From positions 156 to 64,155 of the forward strand of contig JACZWZ010000001.1 in assembly GCA_022571885.1 (NCBI GenBank): a stretch of 64,000 nt of DNA, read 5' to 3'. The position numbers were made by a program, and so were the translations under genes. Shown here in pieces: positions 49,036 to 60,100 of this stretch. The notes below the pieces were generated by a model. It worked only from the letters and a program-made list of their open reading frames with translations. It searched no databases and was not told the DNA's origin. Numbering within the stretch: the first letter of the stretch is position 1; every line of letters begins with the position of its first letter. Source of the stretch: Acidobacteriota bacterium (GTDB taxonomy: Bacteria > Actinomycetota > Acidimicrobiia > Spongiisociales > UBA11373).

Positions 49036-49683
49036 CTACCGGCCTCGCAGCACCTCGCGTATCGCCGAAATCACCGTGCCGACCGCCCCCAGGTTGTATC
49101 CCTCCGGTATCACGATGTCGGCGTACCGCTTCGACGGCTCCACGAACTGAAGGTGCATCGGTCTCACCGTCGTCAGGTACTGATCCCGCACCGAGTCGAA
49201 GGTACGACCGCGGTCCTTCATGTCGCGCTCCCACCGCCGAACAAGCCGCAGATCGGCATCGGTATCAACGTAGACCTTGAGATCCATCAGATCCCGCAAC
49301 GCCGACTCGTACAGGACGAGGATTCCCTCGATGATGATCGCCGGCCTCGGCTCGACCCGGATGGTCTTTTCGGCACGATTGTGGATGGTGAAGTCGTAGA
49401 CCGGGCGATCTATGGCACTCCCGGCCACCAGGCTACGAATGTGCTCCACCAGCAGATCACTCTCCATCGAATCCGGATGGTCGTAGTTGATCTTGGCGCG
49501 CTCTTCGAGCGGAAGGTGCTTCAGATCGCGGTAGTAGGCGTCGTGCTGGATGAGAGCGACGTCGTCATGACCGATCGCCTCCACGATCGACTGCGCGATG
49601 GTGGTCTTACCGGAGCCTGATCCGCCGGCAATGCCGATGACCAGGGGACCGGCTGTGGGCCACGAGGCGCCGTTCGGTGACAT
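49036..49683 (-). CDS. udk: uridine kinase
   Basis: VIGIAGGSGSGKTT P-loop; YDFTIHNR; 215 aa. Confidence 0.85.
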   Translation of the reverse strand: MSPNGASWPTAGPLVIGIAGGSGSGKTTIAQSIVEAIGHDDVALIQHDAYYRDLKHLPLEERAKINYDHPDSMESDLLVEHIRSLVAGSAIDRPVYDFTIHNRAEKTIRVEPRPAIIIEGILVLYESALRDLMDLKVYVDTDADLRLVRRWERDMKDRGRTFDSVRDQYLTTVRPMHLQFVEPSKRYADIVIPEGYNLGAVGTVISAIREVLRGR

Positions 49684-49742
49684 ATCTCGACGGTAGCGGG
49701 CAATCGGAGTCTGCCCGGTGCCTCCCGGCGTCCCAGGCGTCG

Positions 49743-50615
49743 TCAGAGCAGCGCTGCAACTGCTTCCCCGATCGAGGTAGGGTCGTCCACCACCGTCACT
49801 CCGACTGCGCGCAACGCACTCTGCTTTGCTTGAGCCGTCCCACTCGAACCCGAGATGATCGCCCCGGCATGACCCATCTTCTTGCCGGGCGGCGCGGTTA
49901 CTCCCGCCACGTATCCGACAACGGGCTTGGTGAGATGCTGCTCGATGAACCGAGCGGCTTGCTCCTCGGCATCCCCTCCGATCTCACCGATCATCACGAT
50001 CGCCTCGGTGTCGTCATCGGCCTGGAAGCGCTCCAGAACGTCAATGAAAGAAATGCCCGGCACCGGGTCGCCTCCGATTCCGACACAAGTGGTTTGCCCG
50101 ATGCCGCGCGACGTGAGTTCGTGGATCGCCTGATAGGTGAGCGTGCCCGATCGCGAAACGACGCCGACCGAGCCCTCGAGTGCAATCTCCGGAGGTGTGA
50201 TACCGACGTTCGCCTTTCCGGGGGACAAGACACCGGGGCAATTCGGGCCGATGAGGACCGAACTCGACGTCTGCTTCACGTAGTTGTAGACACGAGCCTC
50301 GTCCTGGGCAGGAATTCCCTCGGTGATCGCAACGATGATCTCGATCCCATCGGCGGCCGCAGCTTCGAGGATGCCGTCGGCGGCGAAGGCCGGCGGCACG
50401 AACACCATCGAAGTGTTGGCACCCGTCGCGGCGACCGCCTCGGCAACCGAGTCGAAGATGGGCACGCCGTCGAGATCGGTTCCGCCCTTGCCTGGTGTCA
50501 CTCCGGCAACGAGGTTGGTCCCGTAAGCCTTGTTGCGAAACCCATGGAATCGTCCCTGGGATCCGGTGAGGCCCTGAACGACCAGGCGGGTGTTGTGATC
50601 GATGTAGATCGCCAT
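49743..50615 (-). CDS. sucD: succinate--CoA ligase subunit alpha
   Basis: [13 protein letters not shown]..., GEIGG, catalytic-His region. Confidence 0.9.
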   Translation of the reverse strand: MAIYIDHNTRLVVQGLTGSQGRFHGFRNKAYGTNLVAGVTPGKGGTDLDGVPIFDSVAEAVAATGANTSMVFVPPAFAADGILEAAAADGIEIIVAITEGIPAQDEARVYNYVKQTSSSVLIGPNCPGVLSPGKANVGITPPEIALEGSVGVVSRSGTLTYQAIHELTSRGIGQTTCVGIGGDPVPGISFIDVLERFQADDDTEAIVMIGEIGGDAEEQAARFIEQHLTKPVVGYVAGVTAPPGKKMGHAGAIISGSSGTAQAKQSALRAVGVTVVDDPTSIGEAVAALL

Positions 50616-50616
50616 A

Positions 50617-51762
50617 TCAGCCCTTCCCCGCCAGCTCGACGGCCTTCTCGGCTGCTTCTCTCATGGTCTCGACCGGTATCACTGCGTCGGACACGACACC
50701 CCGGAGAATCTCGCGTCCCTCGACGGCGTTGGTCCCATCGAGGCGCACCACGATCGGCCACTGCAGCTCCAGGCCCTCGAGAGCCTCCACTATCCCCTGG
50801 GCGACGAGATCGCAACGAGTGATGCCGCCGAAAATGTTGATCAGCACGCTCTTGACCGTCGGATCATTGGTGAGCACCTCCAGAGCATTGGTGATCGTGT
50901 CCGCTCCGGCACCACCGCCGACGTCGAGGAAATTCGACGCGGCTCCTCCCACCAGCGCCACAACATCGATGGTCGACATCACCAGGCCGGCACCGTTGCC
51001 GATGATTCCCACCGAACCATCCAGCTTGATGAAGTTGAGACCTCGCTGACGGGCCATCTTTTCCATCGGGTCCTCGGTGAAGGCCGACCGGAAGTCCTCG
51101 AAATCGGGGTGACGGAAGAAGGCGTTCGAGTCGAGAGTCACTTTGGAGTCGAGCGCGACGATTTCCCCGTCGTCGGTGAGTATCAGCGGGTTCACCTCGA
51201 CCAGGTCGCAGTCCAGTGAGACGAACGCCTCATAGAGTTTGCGGAGTGCCGCCGCCGATTTTCTGGCGGTTGCTCGGTCCAACTTCGCTCGATACACCAG
51301 CTCGGACGCTTGCCAATTGGTGAGTCCGACGACCGGGTCGATGTGCATCTTGACGACGGCCTCCGGCGTATCTGCAGCAACGGCCTCAATATCCATCCCA
51401 CCTTGAGCCGAAACGATGGCGAGATGCTTCTTGACGCTGCGATCCAACGTGAATGACACGTAGTACTCGGCGGCAATATTCGAGGCTTGCTCCAACCACA
51501 CGATGTCGACGGTGTGACCCTTGATGTCCATGCCGAGAATGTCTGTGGCATGGGCGAAGGCCTGGTCCGGACCATCGGCGAGTTTGATGCCTCCAGCCTT
51601 GCCGCGACCGCCCACTTGTACCTGAGCCTTGACAACAACCTTGCCGCCGATCTCCTCGGCAGCGGTCCTGGCCTCTTCGGGGGTGCGGGCCACTCGACCT
51701 TCGGGAACCGGCACGCCCAGACGGGCGAACAGGGACTTCCCCTGATATTCGAACAGATCCAC
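50617..51762 (-). CDS. sucC: succinate--CoA ligase subunit beta
   Basis: [23 protein letters not shown]-grasp N-terminus; stop/start adjacent to sucD. Confidence 0.9.
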   Translation of the reverse strand: MDLFEYQGKSLFARLGVPVPEGRVARTPEEARTAAEEIGGKVVVKAQVQVGGRGKAGGIKLADGPDQAFAHATDILGMDIKGHTVDIVWLEQASNIAAEYYVSFTLDRSVKKHLAIVSAQGGMDIEAVAADTPEAVVKMHIDPVVGLTNWQASELVYRAKLDRATARKSAAALRKLYEAFVSLDCDLVEVNPLILTDDGEIVALDSKVTLDSNAFFRHPDFEDFRSAFTEDPMEKMARQRGLNFIKLDGSVGIIGNGAGLVMSTIDVVALVGGAASNFLDVGGGAGADTITNALEVLTNDPTVKSVLINIFGGITRCDLVAQGIVEALEGLELQWPIVVRLDGTNAVEGREILRGVVSDAVIPVETMREAAEKAVELAGKG

Positions 51763-51772
51763 CGGACTCCTT

Positions 51773-52165
51773 TCAACGCTCCGAGATGTGGTCGTTGACC
51801 CAGGTCACCACATCAGCGAGCGGAGTCCCAGGCGTGAAGATCTCTGCCAGCCCCACCTTCTTCAGCGCCTCTATGTCGACGGCCGGGATAATGCCGCCAC
51901 CGAACACGACGATGTCGGTCGCCTCCCTCTCGACAAGCAACTCAACGACCTTCGGGAACAGAGTCATGTGGGCACCGCTCAAAACGGAGAGTCCGATACC
52001 GGCGACGTCCTCCTGTAGCGCGGTCTCGACGATCTGTTCTGGAGTCTGATGCAGGCCGCTGTAAATCACCTCGCAGCCGGCGTCACGAAGTGCTCTGGCG
52101 ATGACCTTGGCACCTCGGTCGTGACCATCGAGGCCGGGCTTGGCGATGAGGATGCGACGCGGCAT
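51773..52165 (-). CDS. cobalamin (B12)-binding domain protein, methylmalonyl-CoA mutase C-terminal-like
   Basis: [23 protein letters not shown] (DxHxxG B12-binding motif). Confidence 0.8.
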   Translation of the reverse strand: MPRRILIAKPGLDGHDRGAKVIARALRDAGCEVIYSGLHQTPEQIVETALQEDVAGIGLSVLSGAHMTLFPKVVELLVEREATDIVVFGGGIIPAVDIEALKKVGLAEIFTPGTPLADVVTWVNDHISER

Positions 52166-52204
52166 GAGAACGCGAGGTTAGTGAGTCGGGAGATAGTGAG
52201 GTCC

Positions 52205-52310
52205 AGGGGTCAAGAGATCGTTTCCCGTTCCCAGTTCCCCGTTTCCCGAATCTCGGCGCGACCTGATTCGGGAAACGGGACACGGGAAGCGGGAAACGAT
52301 CAGTTGGCCG
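52205..52310. repeat. GTTTCCC/GGGAAAC heptamer inverted-arm palindrome with spacer
   Basis: tttcccgttcccagttccccgtttcccgaatctcggcgcgacctgattcgggaaacgggacacgggaagcgggaaac read directly; related GGGAAAC repeats at 43228-43260. Confidence 0.75.
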
Positions 52311-52338
52311 GATGCGGTCTCGACTCTCGACCCCTCAG

Positions 52339-54534
52339 TCACGCTCTCTCCAGCGGAGCCCAGGCGAGGAGCAGCCGCTTCTCACCCTGTCCCTCGAAAG
52401 AGACGGTCGCCTCGGCCCGATCTCCGCTGCCGATGACCGCCACCACCACACCGAGACCCCAATGCTGGTGTCGAACCCTGTCGCCAACAGCCACGCTCGA
52501 TCCGTCGAGGGTGGGACGCGGTTTGACCGCCTCGCGCTCGGGCACCCGTTGGCGTTTTTCTGCTTCCTTCAGCAGGCCGTCCGGGATCTCACCGAGGAAG
52601 CGGCTCGGCGAGTTGTAGTTGGTCGCCCCAAACAGATTCCGGGTGGTGGCATGGGTGAGATACAGCTGTTGCTGCGCTCGCGTGATCCCCACATACGCCA
52701 GTCGACGCTCCTCTTCGAGTTGCTCGGGGTCGCCCAACGACCTCATGTGAGGAAAGACGCCTTCCTCCATCCCGGCGATGAAGATCACCGGATACTCGAG
52801 GCCCTTGGCGTTGTGAAGCGTCATCAGCGTCACCGCACCGGTTTCCTCCATCCCATCGACGTCCGAGACCAGCGATGTCGCCTCGAGGAAGAGCTCGAGG
52901 CGGCGACTCCCGCTGAGTTCCTCCCACCTCTCGTCGCCGAGATCTGTCATCGGTCCGTTCTCTTCGAATTCGGCTGCGACCGACAGCAGCTCCTTGAGGT
53001 TCTCGGCCCGGCTGAGGGCCTCCAAACCACCGTCGGCCTCGAACTCGGCAAGGTATCCGGTGTCATCGAGCACCGACTGAAGCGCGGCGCGGGGTCCGGC
53101 AGCAGCCGCAACCCGCAGCACACCCAGCAACGCCACGAATTCAGCGATCTGCTTCGCCGCCCGGGCGGAGAGGCGAGTGTTTTCGCCGGCCCGTTCCAGA
53201 GCCTCGAAGTAGGTGATGCCCTTCGCCTCGGCGAACCGATCGACATGACCGATGCTGGTGGCTCCGATTCCGCGCTTCGGCACATTGACTATCCGCTTCA
53301 TCGCTACCTCATCCGACGGGTTGACCAACGCCCGCAAATACGCCATGACGTCCTTGACCTCGCGCCGGTCGTAGAACTTGGGACCGCCGATCACCTGATA
53401 CGGGATGGCGTATCTGACGAGAACCTCTTCGAGAACCCGGCTCTGAGCATGGGTGCGGTAGAAGACGGCGGCATCGGACAGGCGCCGGCCGACATCCTCG
53501 AGAGCTCCGAGACGTTCGGCGATGAAGGCGGCCTCGTCATGTTCGTCCTCGGCCTGATACACGGTGACCGGTTCACCGGTGCCGAGGTCGGTCCAGAGAT
53601 GCTTCGGGGTCCGCCCCCGGTTGTTTGCAATCACGGCATTGGCAGCGTCCAGGATCGTCTGAGTCGATCGGTAGTTACGGTCGAGCACGACCACTCGGGC
53701 ATCTCGATAGTCCTTTTCGAACTCGAGGATGTTGCGCACATCGGCGCCACGGAACGAATAGATGCTCTGGTCGGAATCGCCGACGACGCACAGGTTGCGA
53801 TGTTTGGCCGCCAATAGTTGCACCAACCGATATTGGGCATGGTTGGTGTCCTGGTATTCGTCCACCAGTACATACCGGAATCGGTCCTGATACTCATCGA
53901 GGACTGGGGGGAACGCTCCCAGCAACTCAACGGTCACCATCAACAGATCGTCGAAATCCATGGCCGACGCCTCCAGCAGCCGCTGCTGGTAGAGCCGATA
54001 GACATCGGCAACCTTCTCGTGATAGAACCCACTCCCCTGTTGGGCGAACGACTCGTAGTCGATCAGCTCGTTCTTGGCGTTACTGATTGCCGCTCGTATC
54101 CCCTTGGGGGGGAACCGCTTCGGATCGAGGTCGAGATCCCGAACGCAGTATTGGACGAGACGACGGGCGTCGATGTCGTCGTATATGGAAAACGCGTTGC
54201 GATAACCAAGCATCGAAGCGTGCCGACGGAGAATCCGCACGCAAGCGCTGTGGAATGTCGAGACCCACATCCCGCGGGAAACCGCGCCCACTAGTAGGCC
54301 GACGCGCTCTTTCATCTCGTTGGCGGCCTTGTTGGTGAAAGTGATGGCCAGGATGCTGTACGGAGAGACTCCCAGCTCGCGAATGAGGTAGGCGATCCGA
54401 TAGGTGAGCACCCTGGTCTTGCCTGAACCTGCCCCGGCCACGACGAGCAACGGGCCTTCCGTCGCCGCAACCGCCTCGCGTTGCGAGGGGTTGAGTTCGT
54501 CGAATAGAGGGGATTCGGTCACCAGACGATCCAT
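52339..54534 (-). CDS. pcrA: ATP-dependent DNA helicase PcrA/UvrD
   Basis: LNPSQREAV...LLVVAGAGSGKTRVLTYRIAYLI (motifs I/Ia), TFHS, VDEYQDTN, C-terminal Tudor-like tail. Confidence 0.9.
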   Translation of the reverse strand: MDRLVTESPLFDELNPSQREAVAATEGPLLVVAGAGSGKTRVLTYRIAYLIRELGVSPYSILAITFTNKAANEMKERVGLLVGAVSRGMWVSTFHSACVRILRRHASMLGYRNAFSIYDDIDARRLVQYCVRDLDLDPKRFPPKGIRAAISNAKNELIDYESFAQQGSGFYHEKVADVYRLYQQRLLEASAMDFDDLLMVTVELLGAFPPVLDEYQDRFRYVLVDEYQDTNHAQYRLVQLLAAKHRNLCVVGDSDQSIYSFRGADVRNILEFEKDYRDARVVVLDRNYRSTQTILDAANAVIANNRGRTPKHLWTDLGTGEPVTVYQAEDEHDEAAFIAERLGALEDVGRRLSDAAVFYRTHAQSRVLEEVLVRYAIPYQVIGGPKFYDRREVKDVMAYLRALVNPSDEVAMKRIVNVPKRGIGATSIGHVDRFAEAKGITYFEALERAGENTRLSARAAKQIAEFVALLGVLRVAAAAGPRAALQSVLDDTGYLAEFEADGGLEALSRAENLKELLSVAAEFEENGPMTDLGDERWEELSGSRRLELFLEATSLVSDVDGMEETGAVTLMTLHNAKGLEYPVIFIAGMEEGVFPHMRSLGDPEQLEEERRLAYVGITRAQQQLYLTHATTRNLFGATNYNSPSRFLGEIPDGLLKEAEKRQRVPEREAVKPRPTLDGSSVAVGDRVRHQHWGLGVVVAVIGSGDRAEATVSFEGQGEKRLLLAWAPLERA

Positions 54535-54589
54535 GGCGGGAAGTATACGGAGGGGTCCACCGGTGAATCTCAGTGGTGTTATTTTGAAA

Positions 54590-54665
54590 GGGAGTTAGGG
54601 CTAGGAGTTAGGAACCAGGAAGAGACCGTCTACCTAATACCTAATGCCTAATACCTAACTCCTAC
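54590..54665. repeat. TTAGG inverted-arm palindrome (gggagttagggctaggagttagg ... cctaatacctaatgcctaatacctaactcc)
   Basis: Read directly between the pcrA start and the cheA-like stop. Confidence 0.8.
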
Positions 54666-56713
54666 TCGATCAGCTCTCGGAGTAGCGTCGCGAGTGCACC
54701 TTCGCGGACATCGTCCTTGTCGAGGTATGCGTTGGCTCCTGCTGCCAGGGCCTTCTCCTGATCCTCGACGGTGGCGGCCCCGGACAGGACCACGATCGGA
54801 GCAGTGATCCCGAGATCACGGACTCGAGCGACAAGGGTCGCGCCGTCCATAGTCGGGAGGACGTAGTCGACGACGATCGCATCGAATTCCTGCTCGGCCA
54901 GCACCGACAGCGCCTCGGTCGGACTGCCTGCCAGGTCGACCTCGAAGCCTGCCGAACCAAGAGCACCCCCGACCACCTGTCGGGCTCCGCGTGAGTCGTC
55001 CACAATGAACACTCGTCGACGCGGGGCGTCGGGATCAGGCACCTTCCGAGTCCGCTCGGCAAGCTTGGCCGCATCCACCAGCACGACGATGTCCCCTCCA
55101 CCCAGCAGCGCGGCTCCTGTGAGGTGAGGCACTCCGTCGAGCACAGGTCCGAGTTCACGGGCTGCGACCTGCCTCCGGCCGAGATCTTCCTCCACCGAGA
55201 ACCCGACCGGTCCCACCGGGCTGGACACGACCAGAACGCTTGTTGGCTGGCCGAGGGCACGCAAACCGACGGTCTCGGCGAACGACGTCACCGGTATTGT
55301 GGTCCCGTTCCAGAACATCTCGGTACGGCTCGGAGTCTCGACGAATTCGGCACCGTCGATCGGTACCCGATCGATCACCGCGATCTCAGGGATCCCCCAC
55401 ATCTGCCCGGCGGCGCGGATGATTACCGCGTCCTGGAGAGCGTGGCTGGTGGGCACCGTGATCGTTAGACGGGTTCCGGACCCGGACTCGCTCTTGAGCA
55501 CCAACGTCCCATGAAGTGCTTCCACAGCCTCGGCGACTGTGGCGAGGCCCGTACCGTCGCCGACCAGCTCACCCGGCTGCGCGGTCGAGAAATGGGGTGA
55601 GAACAGCACCCCCCGCAACGCATCCAGGTCCCCCGAATCAGGCTCATCGAGCAGTCCTTGCTGCGTCGCCATCTCTCGCACAGCCCCCCAATCGATCCCA
55701 GAGCCATCGTCTTCGACAGATATGGTCAGTCGATGGTCCACCACGTCGAAGCCGACCGCCAGTGTTGCCGTCGGCGGCTTCCCGAGCGCCTCGCGTTCTG
55801 CCGGCAGTTCGACTCCGTGATTGATGGCGTTGACGAGTAGATGCCGCAGCGGATCGCTGAGCCGTTCGATTACCTGGCGATCGACCCGATGATGATCCCC
55901 GATAATCTCGAACCGAACGTCCTTGCCGGCCTTTCGTGCCAAGTACCTGACGAATTGGGGGTAGGTGCTGGTGATGTCGCTCAACGGAGCGGCAGCTAGG
56001 TCGACGGCCCGATCCTGCACATCGACCACGGCCTTCTCAGCCGTGGCGATGAGGTCGGTGAGAGTGGTCATCGACACCGCCAACTCCGCCCTATCGTCAA
56101 TCGAATCCTCCACCTGTTCAACCGCGCCGTAAAGCGCTTCGGCGTCGACTCGAAGCGAGCAAATCTCGTTGATGAGCCTGAAGAGAGCAGCAGCGTTCAC
56201 CCGGATGGTCTCGCCGAAACCTTCGGAGTCGAGTGTTCCGAGCAGACCGCCGAGATCGCTCGGCTCGGATACTGTTTTGGTCGGCGGTTGGTCAAGCGGA
56301 ATCGCATCGCCTCGCATCGCCTGACGTACCGCCCTCATACCTTCAGCCAGCGCGGGAGTGCCGGTAGCCGGATCGGCAGCTAGGGCAGGCAGTAGTTCAA
56401 GACTGAGCGCTTCGAGTGCATCGGCGAGCGCCTGATCCGGATTCTGCTCTCCGTCGCGCAACTCCCTCCAGGCGTCTTCGAGCAGCTTGCCGGCATCGGA
56501 TACGGCCGAGAAGCCCATCATTCGAGCGGTGCCCTTGATGGTGTGCCCTTCGCGGCACATGTCCTGAAGCAGTCCATCTGCGAAGTCGCCGGTAGCAAGA
56601 GCGCGGGCTCCGTTGGCAAGCAGGCCCGACCGCTCTTCCACTTCACCGCCGAACAGGCGCTCCAGCTCAAGATCTCCAGAAAGCTTCAAAGGCAACCCCT
56701 CGTAACCAGACAC
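54662..56713 (-). CDS. CheA-like hybrid histidine kinase (HPt - dimerisation - HATPase - CheW-like - C-terminal receiver), orphan
   Basis: HTIKGTARMMGF HPt; HATPase G-boxes (DDGSGID, GSGTRL); CheW-like block; C-terminal REC (FIVDDS...DAIVVDYVLPTMDG...K). No MCP/cheW/cheB/cheR in the window. Confidence 0.75.
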   Translation of the reverse strand: MSGYEGLPLKLSGDLELERLFGGEVEERSGLLANGARALATGDFADGLLQDMCREGHTIKGTARMMGFSAVSDAGKLLEDAWRELRDGEQNPDQALADALEALSLELLPALAADPATGTPALAEGMRAVRQAMRGDAIPLDQPPTKTVSEPSDLGGLLGTLDSEGFGETIRVNAAALFRLINEICSLRVDAEALYGAVEQVEDSIDDRAELAVSMTTLTDLIATAEKAVVDVQDRAVDLAAAPLSDITSTYPQFVRYLARKAGKDVRFEIIGDHHRVDRQVIERLSDPLRHLLVNAINHGVELPAEREALGKPPTATLAVGFDVVDHRLTISVEDDGSGIDWGAVREMATQQGLLDEPDSGDLDALRGVLFSPHFSTAQPGELVGDGTGLATVAEAVEALHGTLVLKSESGSGTRLTITVPTSHALQDAVIIRAAGQMWGIPEIAVIDRVPIDGAEFVETPSRTEMFWNGTTIPVTSFAETVGLRALGQPTSVLVVSSPVGPVGFSVEEDLGRRQVAARELGPVLDGVPHLTGAALLGGGDIVVLVDAAKLAERTRKVPDPDAPRRRVFIVDDSRGARQVVGGALGSAGFEVDLAGSPTEALSVLAEQEFDAIVVDYVLPTMDGATLVARVRDLGITAPIVVLSGAATVEDQEKALAAGANAYLDKDDVREGALATLLRELIE

Positions 56714-56744
56714 ATCAGAGGTATCGACGGAAGAGCGATCGGTC

Positions 56745-57290
56745 GTTAGCGATAAGTGGTAGCAATACGCAATGCGCCCAGCAGGCCACTTGCAGGCAAC
56801 GACCGCGTTGGAGTTCTCGGAGTCGGAGGGGCCCCTCCAATCGAGCTCCGCTCGATTGACTCCCCCTCGAGGGTGTCGGGTTGCGCGATAGGGCCGACGG
56901 TTCTGTTCTGAACACTCTCCCCTTTGGGGGGAGTCAGCGAGCGAAGCGAGCTGGTGGGGGGTACCCGGTCTTCGTCTCCGTCAGGCCAACACGTCGTGTA
57001 TGTCGTAATGGCCTTTCACCGGGTGGTCGCGCCAGGTTTGTGTAGCCACTCGAACATCCGTCTTGTGGGTCAGCTCGCCGAGCCGGTGTGCGTCCAATAG
57101 GCAGCGGGATTGCCGCGACTTGGTGAGTCCCCCCACCAATCGGCCTGCGGCCGATTGACTCCCCCCAGAGGGGAGAGTGATCCAACCAACCGTCGGGCAC
57201 CAACCGCGACAGATCACCCTCGAGGGGGGAGTGGTTCCTTATTGCTACTCGCTAATCGCCAATCGCGGAAGGCGCCGACGCATCTCTGAC
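56745..57290. mobile_element. copy B of the repeated structured element of about 500 bp (perfect 14-bp TIRs ccccctcgagggtg 56862-56875 / caccctcgaggggg 57215-57228), followed by (GGACTAA)x4 heptamers
   Basis: Same order of blocks as copy A; stem-loops differ by compensatory changes (A: aacgacc tac ggtcgtt; B: aatcgagc tcc gctcgatt). Confidence 0.7.
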
Positions 57291-57336
57291 CTGAGGACTA
57301 AGGACTAACGACTAAGGACTAACAACTGGCGAAGCC

Positions 57337-58881
57337 TCACTCCCACTCGATGGTGGCGGGCGGCTTCGAAGAGATGTCGTAGGCGACCCGGTTGATCCCT
57401 TCGACCTCGTTGATTATCCGTGACGAGATTCTCTCCAACAGATCGTGGGGCAACCGAGCCCAATCGGCCGTCATCGCGTCTTCGCTGGTGACGGCACGCA
57501 CGATGAGCGGGTAGGCGTAGGTGCGAATATCGCCCTGGACCCCGACCGTCTTGATTGCCGGCAGCACTCCGAATGCCTGCCAGATCTCCCGGTACAACCC
57601 GGCCCGCCGGATCTCTTCGAGGATGATGGTATCGGCGCGCCGTAGAATCTCGAGTCGCTCCCGAGTCACCTCTCCGATGATCCTCACAGCCAGACCGGGA
57701 CCTGGGAAGGGCTGCCGCCACACGATGTCGGGAGGCAGGCCGAGCTCCTCACCTATCGCACGTACCTCGTCCTTGAACAGATCGCGCAGCGGCTCCACCA
57801 GCTCGAAATCCATATCGTCGGGCAGTCCGCCGACGTTGTGATGACTCTTGATCTTGGCTGCATCCTTGGTCCCGGACTCGATGATGTCGGGATAGAGCGT
57901 CCCCTGCACCAAGTACTTGGCATCGTCGACATCGGCCGCGACATCCTCGAACACTCTGATAAAGGTTTCGCCGATGATCTTGCGCTTCTCCTCGGGGTCG
58001 GTCACACCCGTCAACGCGCTGAGAAACCGATCGGCGGCGCGGACGTGGATCAGGTCGATATCGAGCGTGGCACGAAAGGCCGCTTCCACCTGGTCTGCCT
58101 CACCCTGGCGCAGCAGGCCATGATCCACGAACACGCAGGTGAGCCTGTCTCCGATCGCTCGGTGAACCAGTGCCGCGGCAACGGCGGAATCGACGCCACC
58201 CGAGAGACCACAAATCACCCGACCCGCCGGGGCTGCCTCACGGATCCAACTCACCGCCTGCTCGATTATCCCGACGTGGGTCCACGTCGGTTTGGCCCCG
58301 CACACTTCATAGAGGAACCGTTGCAGCACCTCCTGGCCTCGCGGGGTGTGAGCCACCTCCGGGTGGAACTGCACGCCGCACATTTTGCGCTCGAGATCCT
58401 CCATCGCTGCCACCGGTGAAACCGCAGTCGATGCCGTCACCGTGAAACCCGGCGGAGCCTTCACGACCGCGTCGCGGTGGCTCATCCAGACCTCTTGATG
58501 ACCGGGCAGCTCGGCGAACAACACCGACTCGGGCGCGATCTCCAACTCGGTCCTTCCATACTCGGCTACCTCGACCCGCGCCACGTCACCGCCGAGGGCG
58601 CTCGCCAACACCTGATGGCCGTAACAGATGCCGAGAATCGGAACCCCCAAATCCAGGATCGCCGGATCGATCTCATAGGCGTCTTCGGCATACACCGATG
58701 CCGGGCCACCAGACAGGATGATCCCGACCGGCGACGCCGATCTCACCTGATCGGCCGTGACATCACGGGGCACGATCACCGAGTACACATGCGCCTGACG
58801 AACCCTGCGAGCGATCAGTTGGGCGTATTGCGCCCCGAAGTCGACGACGAGAACCCTGTCGAAGCCCTCGTCCATCGGCAT
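57337..58881 (-). CDS. guaA: GMP synthase (glutamine-hydrolysing)
   Basis: GATase (ILGICYGHQ), ATP-PPase SGGVDS motif, C-terminal dimerisation domain; 514 aa. Confidence 0.9.
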   Translation of the reverse strand: MPMDEGFDRVLVVDFGAQYAQLIARRVRQAHVYSVIVPRDVTADQVRSASPVGIILSGGPASVYAEDAYEIDPAILDLGVPILGICYGHQVLASALGGDVARVEVAEYGRTELEIAPESVLFAELPGHQEVWMSHRDAVVKAPPGFTVTASTAVSPVAAMEDLERKMCGVQFHPEVAHTPRGQEVLQRFLYEVCGAKPTWTHVGIIEQAVSWIREAAPAGRVICGLSGGVDSAVAAALVHRAIGDRLTCVFVDHGLLRQGEADQVEAAFRATLDIDLIHVRAADRFLSALTGVTDPEEKRKIIGETFIRVFEDVAADVDDAKYLVQGTLYPDIIESGTKDAAKIKSHHNVGGLPDDMDFELVEPLRDLFKDEVRAIGEELGLPPDIVWRQPFPGPGLAVRIIGEVTRERLEILRRADTIILEEIRRAGLYREIWQAFGVLPAIKTVGVQGDIRTYAYPLIVRAVTSEDAMTADWARLPHDLLERISSRIINEVEGINRVAYDISSKPPATIEWE

Positions 58882-60038
58882 TAGCCCATGCCGATATGCT
58901 GGCTAATCTGGAGCGCTTTGCCTTCGGTCTTCAGCGCGGGCGCAACCATGACTTCGGCCTTCTGGAACGCCTTCAGATCGGCGTATCCGGTGGTCGCCAG
59001 CGAGACCGTCAACCCGCCGAACAGATTGCGCCGGCCGTCATTCTCATGCGCCGGGCCCCGAAGAATCTCTTCGAGCGATCCCAACTCCCCCACCTCCACC
59101 CGAGCGCCCCGCGGCAGGGTCGGATGGAAGGTGGCCATGCCCCAATGATGACCCCTACCCGGTGCCTCAGTGGCCGCCGCAATCGGAGACCCGAGCATGA
59201 CGGCGTCGGCTCCGCAGGCGATGGCCTTGGCGATGTCACCGCCGGTGCGCATTCCGCCGTCGGCGATCACATGCACGTAGCGTCCGCTCTCGTCGAGGTA
59301 CTGGATCCGGGCGCCGGCGGCGTCGGCGATGGCGGTGGCCTGTGGCACTCCGACCCCGAGGACACCGCGGGTGGTGCAGGCCGCCCCAGGACCCACGCCG
59401 ACAAGCACACCGACCGCACCGGTGCGCATCAAATGCAACGCTGTGGAATAGGAGGCACAGCCACCCACGATCACCGGTAGGTGGAACCCGGAGATGAATC
59501 TCTTGAGATCGAGAGGTTCGACTCGCGTCGACACGTGTTCGGCCGACACCACCGTCCCCTGGATCACCAGCATGTCGAGGCCCGCTTCGGCGGTGAGATC
59601 TGAGTACTTGGCGACGTGCTGGGGCGTGAGGCTGGCGGCAGTGGTGATTGCTGCCGACTTCATCTCCTCGATGCGAAGGCCGATCAGCTCCGGTTTGATC
59701 GGCTCGAGGTAGATCTCTTGCATCCGCCGCGTCGCCTTCTCCGCAGGCAGCGAGGCGATCTCCTCGAAATATGGGGTCGGATCCTGGTAGCGGGTCCACA
59801 GCCCTTCGAGGTTCAGGACGCCGATCCCACCAAGACGTCCGATCTCGATGGCAGTGGCAGGACTCACCGCCGAATCCATCGCAGAAGCGAGCAACGGGAG
59901 TTCCAGGTGATAGGCGTCGATCTCCCACGAGATGTCGACATCGTCGGGATCACGGGTACGCCGGCTGGGAACGATGGCGATGTCGTCGAGACCCCAGGCC
60001 CGGCGCCCGGTCTTACCGATCCCGATTTCGATGTCCAT
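58881..60038 (-). CDS. IMP dehydrogenase-family protein (GuaB3-like, no CBS pair)
   Basis: IMPDH TIM-barrel blocks (GIGVLNLEG..., [61 protein letters not shown]); 385 aa. Confidence 0.7.
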   Translation of the reverse strand: MDIEIGIGKTGRRAWGLDDIAIVPSRRTRDPDDVDISWEIDAYHLELPLLASAMDSAVSPATAIEIGRLGGIGVLNLEGLWTRYQDPTPYFEEIASLPAEKATRRMQEIYLEPIKPELIGLRIEEMKSAAITTAASLTPQHVAKYSDLTAEAGLDMLVIQGTVVSAEHVSTRVEPLDLKRFISGFHLPVIVGGCASYSTALHLMRTGAVGVLVGVGPGAACTTRGVLGVGVPQATAIADAAGARIQYLDESGRYVHVIADGGMRTGGDIAKAIACGADAVMLGSPIAAATEAPGRGHHWGMATFHPTLPRGARVEVGELGSLEEILRGPAHENDGRRNLFGGLTVSLATTGYADLKAFQKAEVMVAPALKTEGKALQISQHIGMG

Positions 60039-60100
60039 TTTTGTCCCGTGTGTGTGGTCGTGGGGAGAGTAGCCAGGCGAAGGATGGTGGTCGGGGAACA

